A stretch of DNA of 64,000 nucleotides from Podarcis filfolensis (taxonomy: Eukaryota): assembly GCA_964270895.1 (NCBI GenBank), contig OZ185435.1. The stretch is one strand, 5' to 3'. This document shows, piece after piece, positions 22,346-34,410 of this stretch. Each line of letters starts with the position of its first letter. Position 1 is the first letter of the stretch. The notes beneath the pieces were generated by a model, which was not told the DNA's origin, did no database searches, and was given only the letters and a program-made list of their open reading frames with translations. Position numbers and translations under genes: made by a program.

Positions 22346-24657
22346 AAAATTTAAATCTTCTCAGTCACTAAAATTGGGAAGGTGCCATCATAAATCCAAT
22401 AGAGAACAATGTAGGGTTAGCTACAACTCCTATTTTCCCTTTTGTGTTGTTGTTGTTTTGCAACTGAAGTAATTACTTTTCCCACTTCCCATTCATAAAA
22501 GCCTTCCTTGTCTTGTATTTTTCTAAATGTTGTTGATTATGAGTGAGGCATGGAAGTTATAAGAAGGCATGAGATGCAGAGGAGAGAAAAGAGTTGGAAT
22601 GAAAGTTGTGGAAATCAAACAAAGGGGCTGTCAGAAAAAGCTCCTACAATATATTACATATAGCAAACTTGCAACAGTGGTACCTCTGCATAGTTTATGA
22701 TGTTGTACTGATCTGACTGATATTGGGTCCCTTTCCAAGAATCTATTTGCTGAATCGGTTGAGTCTGGGCATTGTGTTGTTTTATTTTCATTTATTTGTA
22801 CTTTATTAGCTCCCATTACAGAGTAAAAAACAACAGCAAAGCACCGTACTCCTACTACCATGTTGACATTCATTTAAGCAGTACTTTAAAACAAACAGAA
22901 AGCAGAACAGTCATAAAATAGCACAGAATAAAGAAGAAAATATTATTCTCATGCCAAAAGCAGATGGAAAAAGAAATACTTGCAGCTGGCTACGAAGGGC
23001 CTGCAGCAAGGAAGAGTTCAGGTAGATGAGCCTTCAGATGTTTAGGACTACAACTCCCATCAGCCCCAGGCAACATGGGACTTGTAGCTCAAAATGTCTG
23101 GAGGACACCCATGTGGAGATGCTAACGTAGATATTTCTAGGAAGGGGGCTGAGGGGGGTAGGTACCATCACTGAGAAGGCTCTAACTTATATCCCTAATA
23201 ATCTAACCAGCAGAGGCTGGTCCGTTAGGTTAAATGGGGCACTGCCCAAGCAACTTCAATCTGCCCCCAGCCAGCCTCCATCTGCCTGCCTTCTTGCAAC
23301 CTCTTGAGAAAATGGTTCCACCAAACATTGGCTCTGGCTCCACCAACTGTTGGTCTCCACGTCTTCCACTCTTCTGGTCCCAAGGGACACCAGCCAGCAC
23401 TGAATCTCACCTGTGTTCTAACATAAAGTCAATGTAATCATTTCTCTTGAACCATCTGGGGAAATGATCACATGATTTATGACAGCCTATGCTACGCTTT
23501 CTTTCTTTTTTAAAAAAGGCAGCTCTTTTGCAAACCTTCAATCCCTTTTCATGTGTTCTCCCCTCACAACATGGGAACAGGCATCCTGGCCAATCTATCA
23601 TTCTTCTGTGGATTACTGGCATGATGTATATGAAGTGCTTCGAAAACCTGAAATACGCTGCACATAAACACTAAGTGTGATTCTGTTTCACAATCATATT
23701 GTTGCATTATCTAAGACTCAGAGCAACTGCTTTTCTAAGAAAGCAATAAACTACTCCTTTAAAAGCACATGAGAAAGGATACAAAGAAAAGAAAGCCTGA
23801 AAACGTTACCATTCCAGAAGAATGCAGTTTTTAAAAACTTGTAGAAAGCAAAGTAAAGCCCAGTCAGCTTGCCCATCTGCACTTCCTTTATCTATAATCC
23901 CACATTTCTGCTTTTTATGTTACTATACAGTCTCTTCCTTGCAGGATACAAATCTAAGTTTCTCATAAACTCATTAATATTTTTGTTTCAGTTTCCTTCC
24001 CCAGTAACGTGTTCCAAATGTTTGCTAGCTCTTGTGTGAAATTGACCTTGTATTTGCAGTATTCTAAAGTATTTTTTAAAATGACAAATCTGCTTCTAAT
24101 GAAGTCGGTGAAAAAAAAAGTATTAATTTCAATAGGAGATAGCATCAGGTTCTGATTTTAGATTGTTTCCTTTTGTTTTTGAGCCTTTCACGTGTGTGAG
24201 CCAACTTTTTGACCCCATTCCAAGTATGGATCCCATTTCCATTACCAGATGAAGTCATCGTCCATTTAAACATTGCAGAGCCTAAAGAGTGCTGGCAGGT
24301 CCACCTTCCTCCAGTCCTGAGGCTCTGCTGAAGACTTTGGTGGCAAGTCCAGCCATCTGTAGTCTCAAAGAGAAATTCCAACCCTTGAAAAAGGGCAGGT
24401 CAAGTTTCATATCTACGACCAAATATTACTCCACCAATGGCAATGCACCTCTGAAATGCATTTGCAACATCAAGACCCACTAGGGTCCTTGCTTCATCTA
24501 TATGGACTGAGCAATCACATCTCCCTTATCCCAAATAAGAGGAAACTCAGCAGGTGTATATATTACTTGCAGCATGAATTCGTTACCCACAATGTATTGA
24601 GAAGCTGAACAAGTTGGGGCCATCAAAGCTTCCCCACCTTTCACCCACTTGAGTGAT

Positions 24658-24785
24658 CATAGAATCTTAGAGTAGGAAGGGACCCAATGATCATCTAGTC
24701 CAACCCCTTGAAGTGCAGGAATCTCAGCTAAAGCATCCATGACAGATGACCATCCAACTTCTGCTTAAAAACCTCCAAGGAAGCA
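24658..24785 (-). mobile_element. CR1-type 3' end
   Basis: catagaatcttagagtaggaagggaccc...catctagtccaacccc...gcaggaatc is the reverse complement of the CR1 tail with its GATTCTAT octamer. Confidence 0.75.
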
Positions 24786-25818
24786 GAGAACTAGCATTCA
24801 GTGTGCTGCAACATCACTGAATAGATGAGCCCAATTCATCTGGGGAGCTCTGCTTCACAATAAAAATAGGGATCAGGAAATTCACCATGAGAATGCCAGT
24901 CCTCATGTTGAAGTAAGTTATTGACCAACATCTTTGTGCCTCTCTGAAAGTAGCCAAATCAATATTGGGGTTCTGCCAAGAACTTCATTGGATACCATCT
25001 CGCAAGATTTGAAAGCTTATTCGAACAGTCCTCCTGGTATTATGCCACTTGAAATATGTGCATAATTACATTTTCAAATACTCTTCATATCAAAATACCC
25101 CAAGTAGGAAAATCTGAATGTGGAAAGGTAGCACCTCAGCACTGTCATCTCTTTGATATGTTAGCTTTCCATTTCCATGTGTGTGTATTTTTTCATTTTT
25201 ACATGCAAACCCACACAGACCTGGAAGGACTGGACCAAAATTTCTGATCATTTAGATGTGCTATTACGAATACTGAACAGATGACAACAGCAGCAGCAGC
25301 AGCAGAATGAACTGGCCCTGAGACATTTCAGTGAAGCTGCACAGCTGTTATTGAGGATGACTGCAAAGCATCTTCGGTTTCTCTCTCTCTCCTTTCTGGT
25401 AAATGAGATTGTTTTTCTATGCATTTAGGACCTGCACTTCAAGCACGTTTTCCTAATTTGCTGTTGGCTGAGATTTTGCTGCTTATTGCTCTTAATCATA
25501 TTCTGATTTACAAACAATGGGCATGCTGCTTACCCAATGTACATTAATAACACATGCTGCTGAATATAGCAGGTTCAAATTTCAAGCCAGCTCTAAAAGC
25601 AGATGTCCAGAGAAGCCAATAATGAAGACAAACGGAAAGCAAGCTACTCATTTAACTCTTGAATGTGATAGGCAGAGTTGAGAGTGAGAAGCCAGGCTCT
25701 CGCATTAGGAATCCTTTAACTGAAACTATTACATGCTTTTAAGTTATTGAGAATTCAGACACTGGGTCTTCAAATCTGTGATAAAAAAAAAGGAAAGAAG
25801 AGAAAAAAAGAGGAAAAG

Positions 25819-25890
25819 GTCTACAGGCACATGAAGCTACCATCTTGCTGAAGCTAAGCAGGTGATTACCTGGGAAGCACTAGTATGCCT
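25819..25890 (+). mobile_element. 5S-rRNA-derived repeat fragment (not a functional 5S gene)
   Basis: gtctacaggcac...ctgaagctaagcagg...cctgggaa resembles the 5S 5' end, box A and 3' region with deletions. Confidence 0.45.
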
Positions 25891-25994
25891 TCTTGAGTTC
25901 TAAGACACAAGCAAGGCAGGATGTAAATGTAAGAAAACAGACACATCACTGAACATTTTCAAGCACAGTAGCAGTGCAATTCTATGCATGACCA

Positions 25995-25995
<1 letters not shown>

Positions 25996-26029
<34 letters not shown>

Positions 26030-27090
26030 TTTATTTGTATGCCGCCTTTCCACAGTTAAAAACAATGCTCAAGGCAAGAGAGAATATTATGAAAATGATA
26101 TACAGGTGGTACATGACCCCAGTCAAGCTTGCAAAAATATATCACTTGCCCGATAATAAATGCTGGAAATGTAAGGATGTAGAAGGTACATTCTTTCACC
26201 TTTGGTGGACGTGCCCAAAGATTAAGGCTTTCTGGGAAATGATTTATAATGAAATGAAAAAGGTATTTAAGTATACCTTCTTGAAAAAACCAGAGGCTTT
26301 TCTCTTGGGCATAGTCGGCCATTTGGTGCCAAAGAAGGACAGAACTTTTTTTATGTATGCTACAACAGCAGCAAGAATACTTATAGCAAAGCACTGGAAG
26401 ACTCAAGATCTACCCACTCTGGAAGAATGGCAGATGAAGTTGATTGACTGTATGGGACTGGCAGAAATGACCGGCAGAATCCGCGACCAGGGAGAAAAGT
26501 CAGCAGAAGAAGATTGGAAGAAATTTAAGGACTATTTACAGAAATACTATAAAATTAATGAACTTTGAAAAGATGCTGGTTTGAGCTTTGGTGGTCTCTA
26601 GCTGTCATCATAAAGATAATGGGGACTAAAATTGTTTAAGTTATTATTTAAAAAAAAAGTTTGAATGAAAATAAGGCTTATTTTTAAAAAAAGGAATGTT
26701 AAGAGATTAGGATTTGCTGAATTAACAGGTTGAACTAGAGAACAAGAAGGGGAGGTATGAGGAAGTCAAAGAAATATGTTATTGAAAGATTGTTATTGAA
26801 ATCGATTTGTTTTTAATATTTTTCTTTTTCTTTTTGTGTTTATATAAAATTGGAAAATCTAATAAATATTTATATAAAAAAAACAATGCTCAAGGCAGCT
26901 TACAACTTGACAAGTTTTACATAATTACAAAAGTCATAAACAATAAATAAACCACATCAAAAAAATACACAACCAAATGGAAAACAATTTCCACATAAAT
27001 CAACATCTAAAACTAAGAATGTAGCATTAATATCACAGTTTAAAATGACATAGGTAAAAAATAACAGCAATTTAAAAACAAAAACGGAGC
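25996..27090 (-). mobile_element. L2-type 3' end with (CAT)n tail, split by an L1 insertion
   Basis: catcat...tttatttgtatgccgcctttcc...aatgctcaaggc [L1] agcttacaac; the two halves join seamlessly across the TSD. Confidence 0.7.
26077..26878 (+). mobile_element. Young 5'-truncated L1 insertion (ORF2 C-terminal cysteine-rich domain, 3' UTR, poly-A)
   Basis: Stop-free RWYMTPVKLAKIY...KCWKCKDVEGTFFHLWWTC...LQKYYKINEL*; AATAAA at 26861; perfect 19-bp TSD AAAAACAATGCTCAAGGCA (26058-26076, 26879-26897) at a TT/AAAA site. Confidence 0.92.
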
Positions 27091-27360
27091 CCTCTCTGCC
27101 CAGCGGCTGCAGCAGTCCTTTGTGGAGCCTGTCAGGCCCTGCCCTAGGCCAGGTGGTGAGTGGCAGGACGGGGGTCCTCAGGCGCTCAGCAGAAGGAAGC
27201 CCTACCGTATTGAACGGGATATGCTCCCCAGTAAATAGTTCCCATTGAAATCAGTGGGACCATTAACTGCTTATCAAGTCCCTGTGTGTAGCTTTTTTAC
27301 TTTCTTGGCTAGGTTCCAGAACATGGTCTGAGTCTTGGGGGTATATGAAGCTGTCACATT

Positions 27361-27425
27361 GCTGAGGCTAAGCAGGGTTTGGTCTGGTCAATGCCTGGAT
27401 GGGCAGCTACCTGAGAACCCCATGT
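27361..27425 (+). mobile_element. 5S-rRNA-derived repeat fragment
   Basis: gaggctaagcagggtttggtctggtcaatgcctggatggg...cctgagaa aligns by eye to the 5S internal control region GAAGCTAAGCAGGGTCGGGCCTGGTTAGTACTTGGATGGG. Confidence 0.6.
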
Positions 27426-27797
27426 GGGCTTCCTTCAGTAGTGAAAGTACTATTTTAAAAATGATAAGGGTTAGAATCGGGTGTCTTGGGAAGGAGAAAT
27501 AATTGAAAAGGGGATGTTTCTGGATGTTTCTGCGGTATTGCTCACTGTAAAGGCAGAAAGAAAATGACTTGTGTCACACACACTTTTTCCTATTAAAACC
27601 CAATTTAATGGCAATTTCTCCAGGCTTCAAGTCCGAGCATACATTTTTTCCGGAATGCTAAGATTTAGGATCTGTTTTTAAATTCAGCAGAATCAAGCGT
27701 CATTACTTTTCATGAGCTATTCTGCTTCAGTTTGCAGATGAAGTTGTTGCAGTTTTTAATATCAGCTCTGATCTATTGTATCATAGTACATGGAATA

Positions 27798-28086
27798 CCC
27801 CTTCATGGATCACTGCCTTGTCGTGGCAAAGGGCCTTGAATAACTTCAAGAAACCATGAGCTATGCCATGCAGGGCCACCCAAGACGGACAGGTCTTAGC
27901 CGAGAATTTAGACTAAATGTGATCCACCTGGAGAGGAACTGGCAAACCACTCCAGTATTTTGCCAAGAAAACTCCATGGACATAAAAAAGGAGAAGCTCT
28001 GAGAAGAAAGTGAGAGTTTCCAAGGCATGCTGTGGTTCATGGGGCCACGGAGAGTCGAACATGACTAAGAAGACTAAACAACAACA
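27798..28086 (+). mobile_element. Non-autonomous BovB (RTE) derivative: 5' end joined to 3' end, 289 bp
   Basis: BovB-like 5' end catggatcactgccttgtcgtggc...ggcaaaccactccagta; BovB-like 3' end catggggccacggagagtcgaacatgactaagaagact(AAC)n; perfect 10-bp TSD ACATGGAATA (27788-27797, 28087-28096). Confidence 0.85.
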
Positions 28087-28514
28087 ACATGGAATAATTG
28101 TATTTATATGGTCATTTGAGTACTTCAAGAAAAGAATTGTGGAGAGGTCCATAACACTTGGTGTTTGCAGTATTACAAACATAAACACTATGTTTTTATG
28201 GTAATGAACAAAGAAATGCTATTCAGAAGTCTGGTTCGCTGCAGACAAGCACTTGGTATTGCCTTCTGCTTCACGTATCTGCAAAGAGGCAAATTAATGA
28301 ACTGCCCCTTGCTATGATAGGAGGACGTAACCCGCAAAGTGCACATTACATTACAGTCAACAATCCTACCTGCCATTGAGCTCACCTTTGGAGAGTGTTC
28401 AGAGGCACAGGGAAAGTGTTCAGTGGCCTTGGGAAGGCGTTGGAGTTTTGACTATACACGATTTTGGCTTTACGCACTATCCCTGGAACATAACCCTCAT
28501 GTAAGTTGAAAGTA

Positions 28515-28755
28515 CAGTCATACTTTGGTTTTCAAACAGCTTAGTTCACGAACAGCTTGGAACTCGAACCCAGAAAGAGTTGTTCCAGTTTGCAAGCTTT
28601 GCCTCGGAGGCCGAACATCCGGCGCTGCTTCCACGACTTCTGATTGGCTGCAGGACACTCCTGCAGCCAATCAAAAGCCGTGTCTTGGTTTCCGAATGTT
28701 CGGAAGTCGAATGGACTTCAGGAATGCATTCTGTTTGAAAACCAAGGTACGGCTG
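28515..28755. mobile_element. Tc1/mariner (Tigger-like) MITE
   Basis: TA-CAGTCATACTTTGGTTTTCAAAC ... TTTGAAAACCAAGGTACGGCTG-TA; internal palindrome ctgattggctgcagga...tcctgcagccaatca. Confidence 0.8.
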
Positions 28756-30480
28756 TATTTTAAATGACACCCCAGCCCCCAGCTCTAGACATGACAGGGG
28801 CAGACCCAATCACCCTCCCATGCAATTTTGGCTAAGAAGCTCTCTATGCCTATGCCAATCCCAGTATCTGTATTGCTATATTGATTCACACAGTCTATTC
28901 TGTTTCCAAAACTTTCAGGTTTAGAATGATCAAATACACCATTAGATTTTGCAGGCACATTTCAGCTTTCCTTGAACAGATGAATGCTTTTTTTTCTTGT
29001 TTAAATTGTGCATTAGCTTGATCCTACCATTTGGATGATTTTGCACAGAGCACTCTTCTTGATGTGTGAGGATTTGTGCACATAATACTCTTTTTATGGT
29101 TAATGAGATTAACATAATAGCCCTGCCACCAAATTCAGAGTATTCACTTAAGTCATGAAACACATGCCAACTCAAATGATTTCAGCCATCCCTTGCTCTG
29201 TACATTTGCCCCATAGTGAATGGATGTTAATATGGAAAGTTGAATTCCCCAGCAAACAAGAACCAATGTGCTCCGTAGCAAAGGCTGAAAAACTGGTGTA
29301 TATATTCTGTGGTTTCCATTTCCTTGGCTTTATTGTTTTTATGTAAATTCTCCCAGGACATTTCAGGTTATATGTCTGGAAAGCTTAGCTATCCAGCAGA
29401 GGAAAGACTGAGAGAATAATGAGAAATGTGCTGGAAGAATGCACATAAAAAGCTTTGGAGAAATGAAAATGGAAACAACAGACACTTAGAAACTTATTGC
29501 AGATTAATAAAGAAAAAAAATCCTGTCTCTTTGTGTCTGTGGGTGGGGTGTGTGAGAGCGTATAAGCATATACACATAACCACAGATTCTATCAAGGTAG
29601 CTGTGAAGTATCAGGACATTTAGCCTGAAAGAAACTCAAACGGTATGAGCAGACACAGAAGAAAATCCAAGTAGCTTGTGCCATAAGAATCTTCAGATGC
29701 TCCCATCTCCCCCAGGCTAGTAAGAAGTCTAGGGGCAATTCCGCAGCATTTAGCTTCCTTCATAAGAAAGAATGTGGCCACTTGTGGTATCTTTGTAATG
29801 TTCATTTTATGCACAAATACACTAGTGGAAGCAAGCAGACACTTTTAGCTGGCAGCAAAATCACTGATCCTGATCGTCCATTAGATTTCCAAACCAGCAG
29901 TGTGGATCCCCATAGTCCAATCAGGAATCAACTGGGCAAGTTAAATGCATAGCTCTAAACTCTGCTGTCTTTCACTTCCAGATTCAAACTATCTGTAAAT
30001 TGCCCATTGGAGTGGGAGGTGGAGGAGACTGTCCAGCCATTAGTTGCCAATGAATGAACTTCAAACTATCTTCCCCAAAATTTTATGGCAATAACCAAGC
30101 AATCAGCTTTCTGCTGAAGTCACAGTTGCCCTGCACAGAATTTTATACATGTAAAAACATCACACTTTCTAGTGTAAAAATATCACTTTAATACCAAGTC
30201 AAACCTCTCCTGTGTAGGAAAAAGCCTTTTGTCTCACACATAAAAAAGGAGTTAAGAACTCCACTCCAAGCCTCTAATATACAATTTTGTTTCAAGACCA
30301 TTCTGAATGAATTAATGTTTGGCTGATGGATCAGAACACACTTGTTTACTTTTCCTCATTTCAAATCTACTGAAAAAAACCAAGATTTTCAAAAGTGATC
30401 ACTGACTCTGAAGGATGCCTTATGTTGCTTATACTAAATGGCACTGGAATATATTGAACACCGTGGGACTCGGGCTATGT

Positions 30481-30731
30481 AAAAGGTAAAGGGACCCCTG
30501 ACCATTAAGTCCAGTCACAGACAACTCTGGGGTTGCAACACTCATCTCGCTTTACTGGCCGAGGGAGCCAGCGTTTGTCTGCAGACAGCTTCCGGGTCAT
30601 GCGGCCAGCATGACAAAGCTGCTCCTGGTGAACCAGAGCAGTGCACGGAAACACCATTTACTTTCCTGCCGGAGCAGTACCTATTTATCTATTTGCACTT
30701 TGACGTACTTTCAAACTGCTAGGTTGGCAGG
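30481..30731 (-). mobile_element. Sauria SINE, 5'-truncated
   Basis: aaaaggtaaagggacccctgacc tail and body; stops at ctgctaggttggcagg with no tRNA-like head. Confidence 0.85.
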
Positions 30732-32304
30732 TACATGTTGCCAACTTAAAACACAGCTAGGCATTCTTTTTCTCAATTTGGATCGAAGCTGGTTTGGGGG
30801 ATAACTCATCATTCGGGGAATAACTGTATTCCATAAGAAATGGCAGGATATATTTGGGTTGTGGCTATTGTTGTGTCTTGCATTACTTCCCAAAGCAGAT
30901 GCACAGTAAATGGAAGTGTGTGCACAGCCCTACTTACAAGTAAATATTATAGACTCATCTACACATGTTCTTCTATTTAGTACTTAGAGGGTATGGCAAA
31001 AGCAATCCTAAACTGAAAAAGCAGCCGTCTGCACAGCAACAGGGTATATAGAAGAAGCGATTCCTTCTTGTTTTCTTAATACAAATATTGTACTGGTCTG
31101 GGGGAGGAGAGATGGAGTTGGGGCTGCTTCATATTTACGTATCAAAAGCAGAACAGAGGTCACTTTCCTATCATTTTGCCTAAGTTACGTTGGAATGTTT
31201 CGAAACTAGAAAAGGTGGGCAGGGCCGATCACAAGGGTCTCTTGCAGCTTAGTTGTTGTCTGGCTGGGAGAACAATAAATGAGTGAAAATGTGCCGTGTG
31301 TCTAGCCATATGGTCTCTGCTTCCAAATATTACCATGGCTGTGTGGGAAGAAGCCACAGTTTCCATGCCACTGCACTCATTTATAAAGAACCTGTCAGAC
31401 AAGTTTAAATTCTGGGTGGATTCTGTTGGCTTATGAACAGAAGTGATGAGACATATATATGTCCAAAAATAATGTGGATATTTTGTTTGAAACCCGAGTT
31501 TAACATAAAGCAGAACTCAAGCAAAATAATGAAGCTATGAAGTTGTGCACAGCAGTCTTCTGCTGTTATAGTTCACTGGGATACCGGAGTGTTTCCTTTT
31601 TATAGCTTGGAATTGGTTTTTTGAGGCCTCTAATCCAATGACTCCCTTGAGGGACACACATTATCTAACAAAAGAGTACTTTCTCCTTTATTGATCAAAT
31701 TTCACACATTTGGCAGGCATTCAAGCAGTTGTGAAGGCAGCACAAACATTTTAAATGGCTGGGTTTTCTCATATTAAACCAGAAGTTATGAGAAAAGGGA
31801 CAGGATCCCCTTTTCAAATTTCTTGCAGAGGGTTCTGTACATCAGGGGTGATGAAACTGTGACCAGAGATAATGGGAGTTGGAGTACAACAACATCTGGA
31901 GGGCCAGAAGTTCCCCATGACTATATGTCATTCAACACAGAACTACACATGTAGTTTGTTGTTTACACTTGAATATTCTCTATGTGTGTTTTGAAAGGAA
32001 GGTCAGAATCAACAATGAAACTACAGGGAAGCTTGTGGGGGAGGGAAGCTTTTTCATAATTGAAATCAGGAGTGGGTTCATTTCAGAGACTGTAATAGGT
32101 CAAAAAATGATCTGGTCAGTTTGAAGCATTGGCTAGCAAATCTTAAGAGCAGCCTTCACAGTCACCAGAGCCCTCCAGATGTTTTGGACTACAACTTCCA
32201 CTTGATGCAGTCCCATTAAAACTGGGTTTCAGTTGCACTTTAATAGATGCAGCTCATACTAAATTTAAAAAGAGGTACTGTAAAATGCCCAATTGTTTCA
32301 CTGT

Positions 32305-32480
32305 CACAGGGATGGGGAACCTGTGGCCCTCCACAGGGGCATAGCCAGGCTTCATGTTAGGGAAGGCAGAACCTCACTTAGTTGTATTTTTTATTTATTT
32401 ACTTGATTGGGGGGCAGCTGCCCCCCCTGGCTACACCCATTGGCCCTCCAGATCTTCCTGGATTACAACTCGCACCAACA
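32305..32480. mobile_element. Short hAT-type MITE containing a nested 109-bp hAT MITE (32334-32442)
   Basis: cagggatggggaacctgtggccctcca [caggggcatagccagg...cctggctacacccattg] gccctccagatc; perfect 8-bp TSD GCCCTCCA. Confidence 0.8.
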
Positions 32481-33229
32481 CTCTGTTCAATTTTTGTGTG
32501 TACTTTTTAATGTGTTTTATTTATTGTTCATGACTACTATTTTAATTACTGTATGTTAATCTTCATGTTGTAAGGCACATAAAATGATGCTACACCACTG
32601 CTGTCCATCTCAATAAACATGTGGCTACATGGAGCACACATGATAAACACAGTGTATAACACTGACCTGGCAGTTTTAGGGGAAGGTGGAGGGGGGAGAA
32701 CTTTGTGAAAAGTTGGCATTGAGTATGTGCCACACACAAACTTGTTCAGAGGACCATCAGTAAGGCTTGCTGGTGAATAATGTAAGGGCTAATCTGAACG
32801 AGTGGCTCTTTGATCCCTATTATTATTATTATTAAAATCTAACAGCAGGTCGCCCACAGTCAGTAGCTGTCTCCTCCGCAATTTGGGGTTAGTTTTCAAG
32901 TGCACTATTCGGGGATGCAGCGACTGTTCCCCTCGTTTTCTGAGCCAGGTAGACAAACCAGAAACTCAACGGTAGTTCAAATGGGGCTCTGACAGCAGGT
33001 CCTTCTACATGGATTCTGTAGGGACAGAGGAGATTTACTGGAACGAGGCTCAAATAATCTATCTCTTGCACAACAACCCTCTAGCTTTGTGCCGTCCTGG
33101 AACATCTGGTCTCCGCCACCTGACCTGCAGCCTTCGCAGGTCCTTAAAAAAAGAAAAAAAGACAGAATTGTCCTGTGATCAAGTTACAGAGCAGAGAAAG
33201 AGGCGTGGCAACCCTGCTTTAAACAGAAA

Positions 33230-33387
33230 GAGTGGCGTTTCCAACGCCAAATAGCAATCCAGGGAAGAGTTGCTTTCTGATTGGCTAGCCTCACGAACGT
33301 GAAGGCGGGCTTCTCCACCGTTCAAACCGGCGGCGCCAAGGAAAGAAGGCAAGAGTATCTGCTGTTTCCCCGGCTGGGCCCGTCGCC
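33230..33387 (+). promoter_or_regulatory. FANCF: FANCF promoter / 5' UTR at the CpG-island edge
   Basis: CGCCAAA (33245-33251), inverted CCAAT ATTGG (33280-33284), GGCGGG (33304-33309), TTCAAA (33321-33326); no TATA box; Kozak-like tcgccATGG. Confidence 0.65.
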
Positions 33388-34410
33388 ATGGAGACGCTCC
33401 TCTCTCAAGCCGAGCTGCTACCCAGCCTCTTGGCGGCGTCGCGCTCGGGCCTGGTGCGAGGCTGGGACGCGGCGGCCGTGCGCCGGGCGCTGAGCTGGGG
33501 CCGCTTCTTCCAGGGGCTGCACGCCCGCCTCCCGCCCGAGCGCGGCATCTGGGCCTCTGTGGAGCGGCGCCTGCGCAGCCGGGGAGCGCCGCTCGGCCTC
33601 GGCCACTTGAAGCGCTGCCCGGAGCTGCTGGGCCTGGCGCTGCTGGAGAACGGCGCGCTGCCCTCCGACGCCTGCCGCGCCCTCCTGCGCGCCCTCCTGC
33701 ACGGCGAGGACGAGGAGCTCCGCGCCCACCGCCTGGCGAGGCGAAAGGCGGCCGCCCAGCTCCTCCTCCCTTCGGCGCCTCCTTCTTCTCCTCCTCACGA
33801 GGCCCCTCTGGTCAGAGTCCAGGGGCAGCTGCTGCTGGCGCGGCTGCGGGAGGAAGGCGGCGAGGAGGGCGCCCTCCTGGAGCAGCTGCCCTGCGGCCCC
33901 GCGCTACACAGGGCCGTGGCGGCGGCGCTGCTAGAGCCCGGCGGCGAAGCGGAAGCCAGGGCGGCGCTGCTCCCTTGGCTGCTGAGGGAGCAACAGCAGC
34001 CTCGCCTGGCCGCCTTCTTCCGCCTGCTGCCGGCCTCGTGGGCGGCCTCGCTTTGCAGCCGCCACCCTGAGCTGCGCGCCCCTTACTTGAGCCTCTTGGA
34101 GGCCTGGGGGAGCCGGCTCCGATACGACCCGCTGCGCGGGGAGTGGGGGGACGGCGGCCTAGAAGAAGGCGCGGCGGCGCCTTGGCAGGAGGTGAGGGAG
34201 CGTGTCGGCTGCCTCTGCCAAGGGCCGGAGCCTCTACGCAGCGCTGTGCTGGCGCAGCTCAGAGACCTGAAAGCCCAGGATGGGGGCTTTGAAGTACGAG
34301 GCCTGAGTGTTTGGACTGATCTCCTGCTGGACGTGCAGGCGTCTGCTTGGAAGGAAAAGCTCGCGCGAAGCCTTCCCCCGTCAGCCAAATCAGTTGAAAA
34401 CCTAGAATGA
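33388..34410 (+). CDS. FANCF: Fanconi anemia group F protein, single exon, 340 aa
   Basis: Matches human FANCF landmarks from recall: METLL..., WDAAAVRRALSWGRFF, LLENGAL, QGQLLLARL, AAFFRLLP, SRHPELRAPYLSLLEAWGSRLRYD, LKAQDGGFEVRGLSVWTDLL; intronless and GC-rich as in mammals. Confidence 0.96.
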   Translation: METLLSQAELLPSLLAASRSGLVRGWDAAAVRRALSWGRFFQGLHARLPPERGIWASVERRLRSRGAPLGLGHLKRCPELLGLALLENGALPSDACRALLRALLHGEDEELRAHRLARRKAAAQLLLPSAPPSSPPHEAPLVRVQGQLLLARLREEGGEEGALLEQLPCGPALHRAVAAALLEPGGEAEARAALLPWLLREQQQPRLAAFFRLLPASWAASLCSRHPELRAPYLSLLEAWGSRLRYDPLRGEWGDGGLEEGAAAPWQEVRERVGCLCQGPEPLRSAVLAQLRDLKAQDGGFEVRGLSVWTDLLLDVQASAWKEKLARSLPPSAKSVENLE

